Part shown: piece by piece, positions 20,023-30,156 of the stretch
Layout of the letters: every line of letters starts with the position of its first letter
How positions within the stretch are numbered: the first letter of the stretch is position 1
Origin: Candidatus Bipolaricaulota bacterium
GTDB taxonomy: Bacteria > Bipolaricaulota > Bipolaricaulia > UBA7950 > UBA9294
Assembly (NCBI GenBank): GCA_030611415.1
Contig: JAUWPW010000004.1
Location: 1 to 48,565, forward strand
DNA length: 48,565 nt
Direction: 5' to 3'
The notes under the pieces: generated by a model
Told to the model about the DNA's origin: nothing
Seen by the model: the letters and a program-made list of their open reading frames with translations, nothing else
The model's database searches: none
Program-made: the position numbers and the translations under genes

Positions 20023-20580
20023 ATGTCTAAGGTGGGTAAGATCCCGGTTCAGATTCCAAAGGGCGTTAAGGTTGGAGTAAAGGGCGCAACCCTGTTGGTG
20101 GAGGGAAAACATGGCCGGCTTACACAAGTGTACAGACCTGACAGGGTAGAGATTGCTGTAACTGATGATCTGGTAACGGTAACAAGGAAGGGCGAGGGAA
20201 AGGAATACCGAGCTTTTCATGGCTTGTATCGGAGTCTTGTTGCCAACATGGTTTACGGGGTATCGCAGCGATGGGAGAAGGAACTGTTGGTGAAGGGCCT
20301 TGGTTATCGGGCTCGGTTACAAGGCAAGAAGCTAATCCTTGATCTTGGGTATTCCCAACCGGTAGAGTACGCTATTCCTGAGGGAGTAGAAATCGAACTT
20401 GCTAGCCCAACCGAGATCAGTATCCGTGGAGCAGACAAACAGGTTGTAGGGCAAGTTGCAGCTAAGATTCGAGCGCTTCGCAAACCGGATCCATATAAAG
20501 GAAAGGGAGTCAGATATAAGAATGAGGAAGTACATCTTAAGGCCGGCAAACTCGGAAGCGTTGCCGGTGGTGTTGGGTAG
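20023..20580 (+). CDS. rplF: 50S ribosomal protein L6
   Basis: MSKVGKIPV, RKPDPYKGKGVRY. Confidence 0.98.
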   Translation: MSKVGKIPVQIPKGVKVGVKGATLLVEGKHGRLTQVYRPDRVEIAVTDDLVTVTRKGEGKEYRAFHGLYRSLVANMVYGVSQRWEKELLVKGLGYRARLQGKKLILDLGYSQPVEYAIPEGVEIELASPTEISIRGADKQVVGQVAAKIRALRKPDPYKGKGVRYKNEEVHLKAGKLGSVAGGVG

Positions 20581-20583
20581 GGA

Positions 20584-20955
20584 GTGACAAAGATGACAGC
20601 AGTCAACCGAAAAGCAGAGCGAGATAAACGGCACAAACGGGTCCGGAGAAAGATTAGTGGAACGGGTGCGTGTCCCCGTCTGTGTGTCAGCAAGAGCCTC
20701 AGACAGATCTATGTCCAGCTGATTGACGATGAAGGTGGAAAGACACTTGTGTCGGCATCAACTAATGGGAAGGAGTTACGAAAAGAAGGAGCAAGGAACA
20801 ACATTCCTGGAGCGGAAAAGGTGGGGTCACTTCTTGCCAGGCGTGCACTGGAGAAGGGAGTCGAGACAGTAGTCTTCGATCGCGGTGGCTACGTATATCA
20901 TGGTGTAGTTGCTGCGGTGGCTGATGGCTGCCGCAAGGGAGGCTTAAGGTTTTGA
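20584..20955 (+). CDS. rplR: 50S ribosomal protein L18
   Basis: RVRRKISGT, VFDRGGYVYHG. Confidence 0.97.
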   Translation: MTKMTAVNRKAERDKRHKRVRRKISGTGACPRLCVSKSLRQIYVQLIDDEGGKTLVSASTNGKELRKEGARNNIPGAEKVGSLLARRALEKGVETVVFDRGGYVYHGVVAAVADGCRKGGLRF

Positions 20956-21455
20956 CCATCACAAAGGAATTCGAGAATGAGATTATTGATATCAGACGCG
21001 TTAGTAAGGTCACTAAAGGTGGGCGGAACCTAAAGTTTAGAGTGACCATTGTTGTAGGTGACCGTGAAGGACGAGTAGGGGTTGGAGTGGGAAGTACCAC
21101 TGAGATCCCTGGCGCTATCCAGCAGGCAATCAGGGATGCTGAGAAGAGCATGATAAAGATTGGTCTGAATGGTGCAACGATTTCCCATGCAGTGATTGGG
21201 AAATTCAAAGCAGGGAGGGTTCTCTTGAAACCTGCTTACCCTGGAACGGGAATAATTGCCGCGGTAACTGTGGGGGCTGTTTGTCGATTGGCGGGAATAC
21301 AGGACCTGTTAACGAAGTGCCTAGGGACAACCAATCCTCTTACCTTAGCGCGTGCAGTGATTGATGGCTTGTTGCAGCTGCGCAGTCGCCGGGAGGTTGA
21401 AGAACTCCGGGGTGTGCCTGCTGTTGCGAGTACGGAGGTTCAAGATGAGAATTGA
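20952..21455 (+). CDS. rpsE: 30S ribosomal protein S5
   Basis: RVSKVTKGGR, VVGDREG, LKPAYPGTGIIA. Confidence 0.97.
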   Translation: MTITKEFENEIIDIRRVSKVTKGGRNLKFRVTIVVGDREGRVGVGVGSTTEIPGAIQQAIRDAEKSMIKIGLNGATISHAVIGKFKAGRVLLKPAYPGTGIIAAVTVGAVCRLAGIQDLLTKCLGTTNPLTLARAVIDGLLQLRSRREVEELRGVPAVASTEVQDEN

Positions 21456-21891
21456 GGACCTGCACCCAAGCAAGGGGAGTGTGCATCGGCGGAAGCGCGT
21501 TGGCCGTGGTTACGGCTCGGGGCGGGGCGGACATGCAAGTGGTCGTGGGACAAAAGGGCAGAACTCACGTAGCGGAGGAGGAACACGCCTTGGTTATGAA
21601 GGAGGCCAGACTCCCGTGTGGATGCGTTTTCCCAAGCGAGGGTTTACTAACTACGTGCGGATTAACTACATGTGTGTCAATGTCGACACCTTAGAAAAGC
21701 GATTCCCGGCAGAGAGTAAGGTGACAATTGAGCGGCTCCAGGAGTTGAGAATTATCAAAGGAAGAACCAGTAAGTTGAAAATCCTTGGCCGGGGGGAACT
21801 CACTAAGCCTCTTACTGTATACGCTCATCGGTTCACCCAGACAGCACAGAAGAAGATTGAGGAAGCTGGGGGAAAGGTTAAGGTGGTATAG
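21445..21891 (+). CDS. rplO: 50S ribosomal protein L15
   Basis: RVGRGYGSG, GRGTKGQNSRSG, EGGQTP; ATG 21445 after GGAGG. Confidence 0.97.
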   Translation: MRIEDLHPSKGSVHRRKRVGRGYGSGRGGHASGRGTKGQNSRSGGGTRLGYEGGQTPVWMRFPKRGFTNYVRINYMCVNVDTLEKRFPAESKVTIERLQELRIIKGRTSKLKILGRGELTKPLTVYAHRFTQTAQKKIEEAGGKVKVV

Positions 21892-21893
21892 CG

Positions 21894-23180
21894 ATGTGGG
21901 AGAAGCTATCTCATCTATTTAAAGTTCCCGAGCTTCGTAAGAGAATTTTGTTTACATTGGGTGCCATAATCATCTTTCGATTGGGAACGCATATTCCTGT
22001 ACCCGGTGTGGATTCGGCATCACTCAAGGATTTCTTCGCTACACAGCGTGGTGGAATATTCGATTTTCTGAATATGTTTACTGGCGGTGCGTTACAGCGG
22101 TTCTCTTTGTTTGCGCTTGGAGTTACCCCCTATATTAACGCATCGATTATTTTCAGCCTTCTTACAGCTGTTATTCCCAAGTTGAAGGAGTTACAGCAGC
22201 AAGGCCGTGAAGGGAGGCGAAAGATTACCACGTATACCCGTTGGGCAACACTTGGTCTTGCCCTTGTCCAGGGCGCAGCAATGAGCATGCTTATTATAAA
22301 TTGGGGACTTGCTAAGCCTGGGCTGTGGTTCTACCTCACTTCTATGGTTTCATTGACCACAGGAACTATCTTCTTGATGTGGCTTGGTGAAAGAATAACT
22401 GAAAACGGAATTGGCAATGGCATTAGCATGATTATCATGCTTGGGATTCTTGCGCGTTTTCCCAGCATGTTCCAGAGTACTTACATTGAGATAAGTGCTG
22501 GAACGGTGAGTCCGTTTTGGGGAGCGGTGTTCGTGCTGCTGTTGGTTGTAGTAATTGCTGGGGTGACTATGATTCAGCAGGGGCAACGAAAGATTAGGAT
22601 CCAGTACTCGAAGCGAACCGTTGGGCGGCGTATTTACGGTGGACATACTTCTCATCTGCCGATTCGTGTGAACCAGGGCGGAGTAATCCCAATTATTTTT
22701 GCATCAGCGCTTCTGACCGTGCCAATGACTATTGCGCAATGGGTACCTCCCCTTGCTTGGTTGGAGCCCTATATTCGTAATGGTAGTCTTACTTACATAA
22801 TTATATATGTTCTCTTGATTTTCTTCTTCACATATTTTTACAGTTCAATCGTCTTCGATCCGAAGGATGTAGCGAAGAATGTGCGTGATTCAGGAGGGTT
22901 TATCCCAGGGGTGCGACCAGGGAAAGCAACGGAGAACTACATATCGGATGTACTAAGCAGGTTGCTGTTGATTGGTGCAGTATTCTTAGCAGGGATTGCT
23001 GTATTGCCGTATATATTCTCATCTGTGAGCGGAATGCAAAGTATCCTGATCGGTGGTACATCGTTATTGATCGTAGTTGGGGTTGGGATAGACACGATTA
23101 TGCAAGTTGAGGCTCACCTTGTGATGCGTCACTATGAGAGTTTGACCAAGGGTAGTGGGCTACTGGGGAGGAGAGGCTAA
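21894..23180 (+). CDS. secY: Preprotein translocase SecY
   Basis: SLFALGVTPYINASII, GIGNGISMII, IPGVRPG, GGTSLLIVVGV. Confidence 0.98.
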   Translation: MWEKLSHLFKVPELRKRILFTLGAIIIFRLGTHIPVPGVDSASLKDFFATQRGGIFDFLNMFTGGALQRFSLFALGVTPYINASIIFSLLTAVIPKLKELQQQGREGRRKITTYTRWATLGLALVQGAAMSMLIINWGLAKPGLWFYLTSMVSLTTGTIFLMWLGERITENGIGNGISMIIMLGILARFPSMFQSTYIEISAGTVSPFWGAVFVLLLVVVIAGVTMIQQGQRKIRIQYSKRTVGRRIYGGHTSHLPIRVNQGGVIPIIFASALLTVPMTIAQWVPPLAWLEPYIRNGSLTYIIIYVLLIFFFTYFYSSIVFDPKDVAKNVRDSGGFIPGVRPGKATENYISDVLSRLLLIGAVFLAGIAVLPYIFSSVSGMQSILIGGTSLLIVVGVGIDTIMQVEAHLVMRHYESLTKGSGLLGRRG

Positions 23181-23830
23181 TGGGTCGTAAGAGACTTGTG
23201 CTTCTCGGTCCTCCTGGAGCAGGAAAAGGGACGCAGGCTAAGATGATTGCTGCTAAAACAGGCCTTGTGCACCTTTCTACTGGTGACATCCTTCGAGATG
23301 AGGTGAGCCGTGGAAGTCAATTAGGACAGGAAGCCAAGCAGTGGATGGATCGCGGGGATCTTGTCCCAGACAAGCTTATCATTGATATGATCGAGGGGAG
23401 AATAGCCAAGGCTGATGGATTCATACTCGATGGTTTCCCGCGTACAATTACTCAGGCTAAGGCTCTTGGAGAAGTTACTCCAATAGATATTGCGATAAAC
23501 ATAGTGTTATCTCAGGACGAGGTAATAAAGCGGCTTTCATCGCGTCGCGTCTGCCGGGATTGTGGAAGAATATGCAATTTGCTATTTAGCCCCCCACGAA
23601 TAGATGGGTGTTGTGATATCTGCGGCGGAGAATTGTTACAGCGTAGTGATGATCATCCTGAGGTAATAAGAAAACGATTTGATGTGTATACTCGACAAAC
23701 TGCTCCTCTGATTGATTTTTATCACAGACAAGGAACACTACAAGGGATTGACGGAAACTTGCCTCCAGAAAAAGTACTTGAGCGGATCATGGCTTTGTTA
23801 GTAAATGATAGTTCTGAAAACAGCTACTGA
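23180..23830 (+). CDS. adk: Adenylate kinase (zinc lid)
   Basis: GPPGAGKGT, LDGFPRT, CRDC...CDIC, QRSDD. Confidence 0.97.
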   Translation: MGRKRLVLLGPPGAGKGTQAKMIAAKTGLVHLSTGDILRDEVSRGSQLGQEAKQWMDRGDLVPDKLIIDMIEGRIAKADGFILDGFPRTITQAKALGEVTPIDIAINIVLSQDEVIKRLSSRRVCRDCGRICNLLFSPPRIDGCCDICGGELLQRSDDHPEVIRKRFDVYTRQTAPLIDFYHRQGTLQGIDGNLPPEKVLERIMALLVNDSSENSY

Positions 23831-24560
23831 GATTGATATACTGCGTGCAAACGGGGCTATCCTGGCTTCAGTGCTCAATAGAGTGTGTCAAGAGGTTTCA
23901 CCAGGGCAGAATACCGGAGAACTGGATAGGCTAGCAGAAAGGCTTGTACGGGAGTCCGGCAGTGAACCCGCATTCAAAGGAATGTATGGATTTCCCGCAA
24001 CAATCTGTACCTCAATTAATGAGGAGATTGTACACGGGATTCCCTCACTGAAGCGACGGTTGAAGAAAGGGGACATATTGTCGATTGATATTGGGCTTTG
24101 TCGCAATGGAATGTATGTAGATATGGCTACTACCGTTCCGGTTGGCGAGGTTGATGAAAAGGCAGCCAAGCTACTGCAGGTGACCGAAGAGGCCTTGTGG
24201 CGAGGGATAGGAATGGTTAACATTGGGAATCGCTTAACTGATGTTTCGCATGCAATCGGATCATATGTAGAAAATGAGGGACTGTATGTGGTTAGGGAAT
24301 ATACTGGCCATGGGATTGGCCGTGATTTGCACGAAGATCCGCAAATCCTGAATTACGGTGACTCTGGACAAGGACCACGGTTGCAGATTGGAATGGTTCT
24401 TGCCCTTGAGCCGATGGTGAAGACCGTTCCCGGCGCGGTTGAAGTGCTTGGCGATGGCTGGACTGTTGTAACGGATCAGGGTGCGCTAGCAGCTCATTTT
24501 GAGCATACTATAACGTTAAGAAACAATGGCGTTGAAGTTCTGACGCGAGGAGGTGTGTAA
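23805..24560 (+). CDS. map: Methionine aminopeptidase type I
   Basis: [29 protein letters not shown]. Confidence 0.97.
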   Translation: MIVLKTATEIDILRANGAILASVLNRVCQEVSPGQNTGELDRLAERLVRESGSEPAFKGMYGFPATICTSINEEIVHGIPSLKRRLKKGDILSIDIGLCRNGMYVDMATTVPVGEVDEKAAKLLQVTEEALWRGIGMVNIGNRLTDVSHAIGSYVENEGLYVVREYTGHGIGRDLHEDPQILNYGDSGQGPRLQIGMVLALEPMVKTVPGAVEVLGDGWTVVTDQGALAAHFEHTITLRNNGVEVLTRGGV

Positions 24561-24567
24561 AGACCTA

Positions 24568-24810
24568 GTGGCTCGAGCAAACGTACACAATCAAAAAAAG
24601 GCGGATGTGATCCGTCAACGTGGTGAGGTTATTGAAAGTCTACCAAACTCGATGTTTCGGGTAAAGCTGAATAACAATTATGTTGTGTTGTGTCATATTT
24701 CAGGACGGATGCGGAAGCATTATATACGTATCTTGACAGGGGACCACGTGACAGTTGAGTTTTCGCCGTACGACTTGACAAAGGGACGTATTGTGTATCG
24801 AGAGAGCTAG
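24568..24810 (+). CDS. infA: Translation initiation factor IF-1
   Basis: [32 protein letters not shown]; start uncertain (GTG 24568). Confidence 0.95.
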   Translation: MARANVHNQKKADVIRQRGEVIESLPNSMFRVKLNNNYVVLCHISGRMRKHYIRILTGDHVTVEFSPYDLTKGRIVYRES

Positions 24811-24827
24811 CCGCGACGTTTGTCAAT

Positions 24828-24941
24828 ATGAAAGTCAGAAGCTCGGTAAAACCGATTTGTGCTAAGTGTAAGGTGATCCACCGAAAAGGGCGAGTTATGG
24901 TTATATGCCAGAATCCTAAGCATAAGCAGAGACAAGGATAG
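24828..24941 (+). CDS. rpmJ: 50S ribosomal protein L36 (not in ORF track)
   Basis: Hand translation [37 protein letters not shown]. Confidence 0.96.
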   Translation: MKVRSSVKPICAKCKVIHRKGRVMVICQNPKHKQRQG

Positions 24942-24949
24942 GGGGATGA

Positions 24950-25315
24950 ATGGCGCGAATAGCAGGGGTTAATCTACCCAATAATAAGCGGATTGAGTTT
25001 GGGCTTACGTATATTTTCGGTGTTGGGCGCTCGCGTGCAGCTGAGATAATTGAGCAAGCAGGTGTTTCACCAGATATACACGTAAAGGATCTAACGGAGA
25101 AAGAGATAGCTAGTTTGCGCCATGAGGTGGAGCAGTACATTGTTGAGGGTGACTTGCGGCGCCGAATCTTTGGGAATATTCAGCGATTAAAGGATATCAA
25201 TTCCTATTGTGGGGTTCGCCATAAGAAACGGCTTCCGGTTCGTGGACAGCAGACCCAGTCCAATGCGCGAACGTGGAAGGGACCTCGGCCAGCGAAAGCG
25301 GGAAAGAAGAGGTAG
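24950..25315 (+). CDS. rpsM: 30S ribosomal protein S13
   Basis: MARIAGV, VEGDLRR, LPVRGQ. Confidence 0.98.
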   Translation: MARIAGVNLPNNKRIEFGLTYIFGVGRSRAAEIIEQAGVSPDIHVKDLTEKEIASLRHEVEQYIVEGDLRRRIFGNIQRLKDINSYCGVRHKKRLPVRGQQTQSNARTWKGPRPAKAGKKR

Positions 25316-25317
25316 GC

Positions 25318-25674
25318 ATGGCGAAAAACATAAAGCTTGAACGGGCACAGATTCACGTACATACAAGCTATAATAACACAATCATCACGTTGACTGATGT
25401 TGAAGGGCACCCGATTGCCTGGAAGAGTTCAGGAACAGTTGGATATAAGGGATCACGTAAAGGAACTCCATATGCGGCACGAATAGCTGCAGAGGCATTG
25501 GTAAGGGAAATGAAGGAATATGGTGTTCAGTCGGCAGTTCTTATGATGAAGGGAGCGGGGTCAGGTCGCCAAGCTGTTATTCAAACCATAAAGGGCTCAG
25601 GCATACGGATAAGTGAGGTAAGAAACGTAACGCCGGTTTCCCATAGTAAGGGTATCTTAAAGGGGAGAAAATAA
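25318..25674 (+). CDS. rpsK: 30S ribosomal protein S11 with atypical C-terminus
   Basis: SYNNTIITLTD, GYKGSRKGTPYAA; ATG 25318. Confidence 0.95.
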   Translation: MAKNIKLERAQIHVHTSYNNTIITLTDVEGHPIAWKSSGTVGYKGSRKGTPYAARIAAEALVREMKEYGVQSAVLMMKGAGSGRQAVIQTIKGSGIRISEVRNVTPVSHSKGILKGRK

Positions 25675-26297
25675 TGGGTAGATACACAAACCCGAAATGT
25701 AGGCTGTGTAGGAGAGAAGGAGAAAAGCTTTTCTTGAAAGGAGATCGCTGTTATACGCGTAGCTGTCCACTGACTGGGAATGCTTCCTTGCCGGGCGAGC
25801 GAGCAAAAAAACATCGATCGCGCATGAGCCACTACAGACTACAATTGCGGGAAAAGCAAAAGGTTCGACGAATCTATGGGATTGGCGAGCGACAGTTTCG
25901 TAACTATATGGAACAGGCAAAGCGCAAGAAGGGAATAACGGGCGATGTTTTGCTTGGCTTACTTGAGAAGCGTTTGGACAACATTGTTTATCGGTGTGGT
26001 TTCGCTTCGTCTCGTGCACAGGCACGTCAATTGGTCGTACACGGTCACTTCGGACGAAATGGGCGAAGTATAGATATTCCCTCCACATTATTGAATGAGG
26101 GTGATACGATTGCTGTCAAGAAAGGGCGGCGTGATCGAGTAAAAGATATTGTAGAGGCAAACAAGGAACGGCAGATTCCCAGTTGGATGGAGAAGAACCT
26201 AGAGGCAATGGAGTGCCAAGTAATTGCTCCTCCCAATGTGGAGGAAATCGGATACGCTATTGCCACGAACCTGATTATAGAGTTTTATTCTCGCTAG
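25674..26297 (+). CDS. rpsD: 30S ribosomal protein S4
   Basis: CRLCRREGEKLFLKG, LREKQK, RLDNIVYR, IIEFYSR. Confidence 0.98.
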   Translation: MGRYTNPKCRLCRREGEKLFLKGDRCYTRSCPLTGNASLPGERAKKHRSRMSHYRLQLREKQKVRRIYGIGERQFRNYMEQAKRKKGITGDVLLGLLEKRLDNIVYRCGFASSRAQARQLVVHGHFGRNGRSIDIPSTLLNEGDTIAVKKGRRDRVKDIVEANKERQIPSWMEKNLEAMECQVIAPPNVEEIGYAIATNLIIEFYSR

Positions 26298-26308
26298 GAG
26301 GTTGTCGC

Positions 26309-27259
26309 ATGGGTGAATTGGTCTTCCCGCAAGGGATAGATGTCAAAGAACTTGCTGCTACGCAAGGAAGAATTGTTATCCAGCCTCTTGAGCGCGGACA
26401 TGGCACTACTCTAGGGAATGCACTTAGGAGGATTCTCCTGTCTTCTATTCCAGGTGCTGCTGTGGTACGAGTAAATCTTGCGGGTGTGTACCACGAGTAC
26501 GATACGATTGAGGGGATTAAGGAGAGTGTGCTCGAGATTATTCTGAACCTTAAGGGCCTTTCCTTACGTCTGCATGACGATGAATTGAAACGACTCACAA
26601 TTGAAAAACGAGGTCCGTGTGAAGTGAAGGCCTCAGATATTGATTTGCCTCTAGGGGTTGAGATTGCCAACCCCGAGTTACACATCGCTACGTTGAACGA
26701 TCGAGGTAGACTGGAAATGGAGTTAGAAGTTGAATCAGGATTTGGTTACCGCTCGGCGGAAATGAACAGGCTAGAAGAAGCGCCTTTGGCTGTAATTCCC
26801 ATTGATTCAGACTTTTCCCCTGTAAGACAAGTGAACTTTGTCGTTGAAGGGACACGGGTGGGTGGAAGTACGGGATATGAGCAATTGATCCTTGATATGA
26901 CAACAGATGGGGGGATTAGACCGGAGGAAGCACTGTCGGAAGCAGCATCTATCCTGTGTCGGTACTTTGATCTGTTTAGTGGCTTTGCTGAGCATCCGTT
27001 TGGTATTGCTAAGGGAGCGGCAGAAGAGGAAGTTGATGTTCTGAGTGCTTCCCTAGAAGACTTGGAGATGGATCGGCGTGCTTGCAATCTTTTGAAAGAA
27101 GCGGAAATCACTACTCTGGGCAAGCTTATCTCTCGACCACGTGAGGAGTTGCTCGATATTCACGGTTTCGGTACCAAGTCCTTGAGCAAAGTGGAAGATC
27201 GTCTAAGGGAGTTGGGCTACGCGCTGGGAGATGAGGGTAAGGTAAGAGATGAGGCATAA
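26309..27259 (+). CDS. rpoA: RNA polymerase alpha subunit
   Basis: PLERGHGTTLGNALRRILLSSIPG, alpha-CTD GFGTKSL; ATG 26309 after AGGAGG. Confidence 0.97.
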   Translation: MGELVFPQGIDVKELAATQGRIVIQPLERGHGTTLGNALRRILLSSIPGAAVVRVNLAGVYHEYDTIEGIKESVLEIILNLKGLSLRLHDDELKRLTIEKRGPCEVKASDIDLPLGVEIANPELHIATLNDRGRLEMELEVESGFGYRSAEMNRLEEAPLAVIPIDSDFSPVRQVNFVVEGTRVGGSTGYEQLILDMTTDGGIRPEEALSEAASILCRYFDLFSGFAEHPFGIAKGAAEEEVDVLSASLEDLEMDRRACNLLKEAEITTLGKLISRPREELLDIHGFGTKSLSKVEDRLRELGYALGDEGKVRDEA

Positions 27260-27602
27260 GCGAAAGCGTAAGAAACTGGGTATGGCGAGCAGAAGCCAAA
27301 GGCAGAGCGTCTTGGCGAACATAGCTAAGGCACTAGTTTTGTACGACAAAGTGGATACAACACTTGCGCGAGCGAAGGCAGGGCAGCGATACGCAGAGCG
27401 TCTTGTTTCCTTGGGGCGACGAGGAGATCTACATGCGCGGCGAATCGCGTTTTCACGACTGCAGGACAAACCAGTCGTAGATAAGCTGTTCAGTGAGATA
27501 GCTGCGCGCTATGAGGACCGAGCGGGCGGGTACACCCGTGTAGTGAGACTTGGTCCGCGTAAAGGAGACGGTGCTGAACAAGCTCGGTTGATGTTCGTTT
27601 AG
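27249..27602 (+). CDS. rplQ: 50S ribosomal protein L17
   Basis: MRHKR..KKLG, TTLARAK, RAGGYTR, RKGDGA. Confidence 0.97.
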   Translation: MRHKRKRKKLGMASRSQRQSVLANIAKALVLYDKVDTTLARAKAGQRYAERLVSLGRRGDLHARRIAFSRLQDKPVVDKLFSEIAARYEDRAGGYTRVVRLGPRKGDGAEQARLMFV

Positions 27603-27659
27603 TTGTCGATATCAACAGTGCATTCGCATTTCTGCAATGTCTTAATGCAAACCTGCTTC

Positions 27660-28622
27660 TTAATGAGTGGAGCCTAAGTGTTTTAACATATCTATTGTCA
27701 TGGACGGCAAATCAAAGCTGGGTTGCCATCCCCATTCTTTGCGTGCAGCGCTATCATCAATTCTTTTCGGCCATGAATCAGCGATCGCCTGCCTGAAATC
27801 AGGCTCATAATAGCAGGTAAAATCGGGGATCCACTTCTTGATCTCAGACGCCAATTGCTTGGCAGAGAAACTCATTCCCGCCAGGTTATAATCGCAGTGG
27901 TGTTTAAGTGAGGATAGATTTGCTTCCATCAGTTGGATACTTGCCTTGATACAATCTGGCATATACATCATTGGGAGAACGGTGTCTTCACGCACAAAAC
28001 AAGTATACCGTCTGTCTTTAATGGCGGCGTAGAAAACCTGTACCGCGTAATCTGTTGTACCACCTCCTGGGAGGGTCTCACTAGAGATGATCCCTGGGTA
28101 ACGTAATCCGCGTACATCCAAGCCAAACCGCTCGTAGTAGTAATTGCCCAGGAGCTCTCCGGCAACCTTTGTTACTCCATAGATTGTTGTTGGGCGCAGT
28201 ATGGTCTCCTGTGGAGCACTATTTCTGGGTGTCTCTGGGCCGAAAACAGCAATTGAACTGGGGACAAAGACTCTTTTCACATCATATCGTCTTGCAGTTT
28301 CGAGGATGTTGTGCAAGCCGTTGATATTTACATTCCAGGCAAGCTGCGGTTTCTCTTCACCTACCACCGAAAGGATTGCGGCCAGGTGGTAAATCGTGTT
28401 TATCTTATGCCGCTTTATGACTAGTTCGATTTCATCTCGATTGGTAACATCAATGATCTCGAACGGTCCAGTAGTACGTAGGGCGTCATCTGGTTTTGTC
28501 CGGTGTCCAGCAGCGATGATATTGTCATTTCCATATCGTTTGCGTAGTTCCATCGTGAGCTCGGATCCAATTTGGCCGACTGCGCCCGTTACTAAGACCT
28601 TCGGAGTATTCTTCTGTGTCAA
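27660..28622 (-). CDS. tdh: SDR-type L-threonine 3-dehydrogenase
   Basis: TGAVGQIG, HLAAILS, YGVTK, PGGGTTDYAV, LPMMYMPD; divergent from kbl; likely TTG start 28622 with AGGAG. Confidence 0.85.
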   Translation of the reverse strand: MTQKNTPKVLVTGAVGQIGSELTMELRKRYGNDNIIAAGHRTKPDDALRTTGPFEIIDVTNRDEIELVIKRHKINTIYHLAAILSVVGEEKPQLAWNVNINGLHNILETARRYDVKRVFVPSSIAVFGPETPRNSAPQETILRPTTIYGVTKVAGELLGNYYYERFGLDVRGLRYPGIISSETLPGGGTTDYAVQVFYAAIKDRRYTCFVREDTVLPMMYMPDCIKASIQLMEANLSSLKHHCDYNLAGMSFSAKQLASEIKKWIPDFTCYYEPDFRQAIADSWPKRIDDSAARKEWGWQPSFDLPSMTIDMLKHLGSTH

Positions 28623-28798
28623 TTCATCTCTCCTTTTCTTGTTACAGCAAACATGAATTGTACGGAAAGATAGGGAAATGGACAAAGCGTGTGTAGGCAA
28701 CAGTGGTTGGGAATGAGGCTGTTTTTTGAATAGAATAGGGATTGTTCAGACGGTTTAGTCACGCCTAGGATTAGATTCGCAAAGGAGAGGTGATTTAA

Positions 28799-30001
28799 GT
28801 GAGCGTCAATAGAAACCCCACGCAGTACTTGAAGGAAGAGTACGAGCGCTTGTTGAGCGAGAAGTTAACTTGGGAGCCGAGGGAACTTCAGAGCAGCAGT
28901 GGAGCGGATTGTAGGATGGATGGCAAGCAAGTGATAATGCTCGCGGCAAACAACTATCTGGGTCTGTCAACTCACCCCAGGGTTGTTAATGCCATGATAA
29001 AAGCAACTGGGGAATACGGCGCTGGCGCTGGAAGTGATCGCTCAATTGCCGGAGACATGGATGTCCACGAGCAATTGGACAGCCGGCTCGCCAGGTTTAA
29101 AGGAGCACCGGCTTCTTTGACTTACCAGACTGGTTTTATGGCTAATGAGGGACTAATTCCACAATTGGCTACCCGTGGTGATCTATTTGTCTCTGATGAA
29201 TTGAACCATGGATCGATTATAGACGGAATTCGGCTCTCTCACGCGGATAGGGCAGTCTATAGGCATAAGGATGTAGACGATTTGGCAAGGGTGATGAAAG
29301 AGGCAGAAGAACATGATCCTCAATATCGACAGATTTGGATTGTGACCGATGGTGTGTTTTCCATGGATGGAGACCTCGCGCCACTTGCTGACATTGCGAA
29401 GATTGCTCGGGAACATGGGGCCGGTGTATATGTAGATGATGCGCATGGTGAAGGTGTACTTGGAGAAAAGGGGCGCGGGATTGTAAGCCATTTTGGGTTG
29501 AGCCACAAGGAAATACATGCGGAAATGGGAACTTTCTCCAAGGCTTTTGGGGTAGTCGGAGGACATGTCTCCGGTAGTGAGTTTCTGCGGAAGTTTGCGC
29601 TGAACAAGTCTAGGAGCTGGCTGTTAAGCGGGGCAGTGCCGCCGGGAGTGGCCGCTGCGTGCATTGCTGCGATCGATGTACTTGATAGCGAGCCACAATG
29701 GTTGGATAAGTTATGGGAGAATAGGAACTACTTTATCAATGCAGTTCAAGAGCTTGGATTTGATACGGGCAATAGCGAGACACCGATTGTACCGATCATG
29801 TGCGGAGACAGCGGGACGGCAAGAGAGCTAACGGATTTCGTTTGGGAGAAAGGGATCTATGTTCTTCCTATCGTTTTCCCAATGGTGGCAAGAGGTAAGG
29901 CAAGGATTCGAGTGCAGCTTTCAGCAAAGCACACAAAAGATCAGTTAGATCAGGCGATTGCCGCATTTAAGAAAGGTGGAGAAAAACTTCACTTGATTTA
30001 A
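28799..30001 (+). CDS. kbl: Glycine C-acetyltransferase / 8-amino-7-oxononanoate synthase family PLP enzyme
   Basis: ANNYLGL, DELNHGSIIDG, DGVFSMDG, DDAHG, GTFSKAFG, ARIRVQ; paired with tdh. Confidence 0.85.
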   Translation: MSVNRNPTQYLKEEYERLLSEKLTWEPRELQSSSGADCRMDGKQVIMLAANNYLGLSTHPRVVNAMIKATGEYGAGAGSDRSIAGDMDVHEQLDSRLARFKGAPASLTYQTGFMANEGLIPQLATRGDLFVSDELNHGSIIDGIRLSHADRAVYRHKDVDDLARVMKEAEEHDPQYRQIWIVTDGVFSMDGDLAPLADIAKIAREHGAGVYVDDAHGEGVLGEKGRGIVSHFGLSHKEIHAEMGTFSKAFGVVGGHVSGSEFLRKFALNKSRSWLLSGAVPPGVAAACIAAIDVLDSEPQWLDKLWENRNYFINAVQELGFDTGNSETPIVPIMCGDSGTARELTDFVWEKGIYVLPIVFPMVARGKARIRVQLSAKHTKDQLDQAIAAFKKGGEKLHLI

Positions 30002-30014
30002 GAGAGAGGTAGAA

Positions 30015-30140
30015 ATGAAAGAGGTTATTGCAACAAATGATGCCCCGCTGGCGGTCGGTCCGGCTCGCTCATGTATTCAGGTAGCAGCACTTCCTCAAGG
30101 AGCAAGAGTCGAAATAGAGGCAATTGCGTGCCTACAATAG
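30015..30140 (+). pseudogene. ridA: RidA (YjgF/UK114) remnant with in-frame internal deletion, 41 aa
   Basis: MKEVIATNDAPLAVGP joined directly to ARSCIQVAALPQGARVEIEAIACLQ*; RBS GAGGT. Confidence 0.85.
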
Positions 30141-30156
30141 GCGGTACAATCACGTG

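Noticed and set aside
10296-27602. Numerous antisense and alternate-frame ORFs in the ribosomal cluster
   Set aside because: Shadows of well-supported genes with no independent motifs
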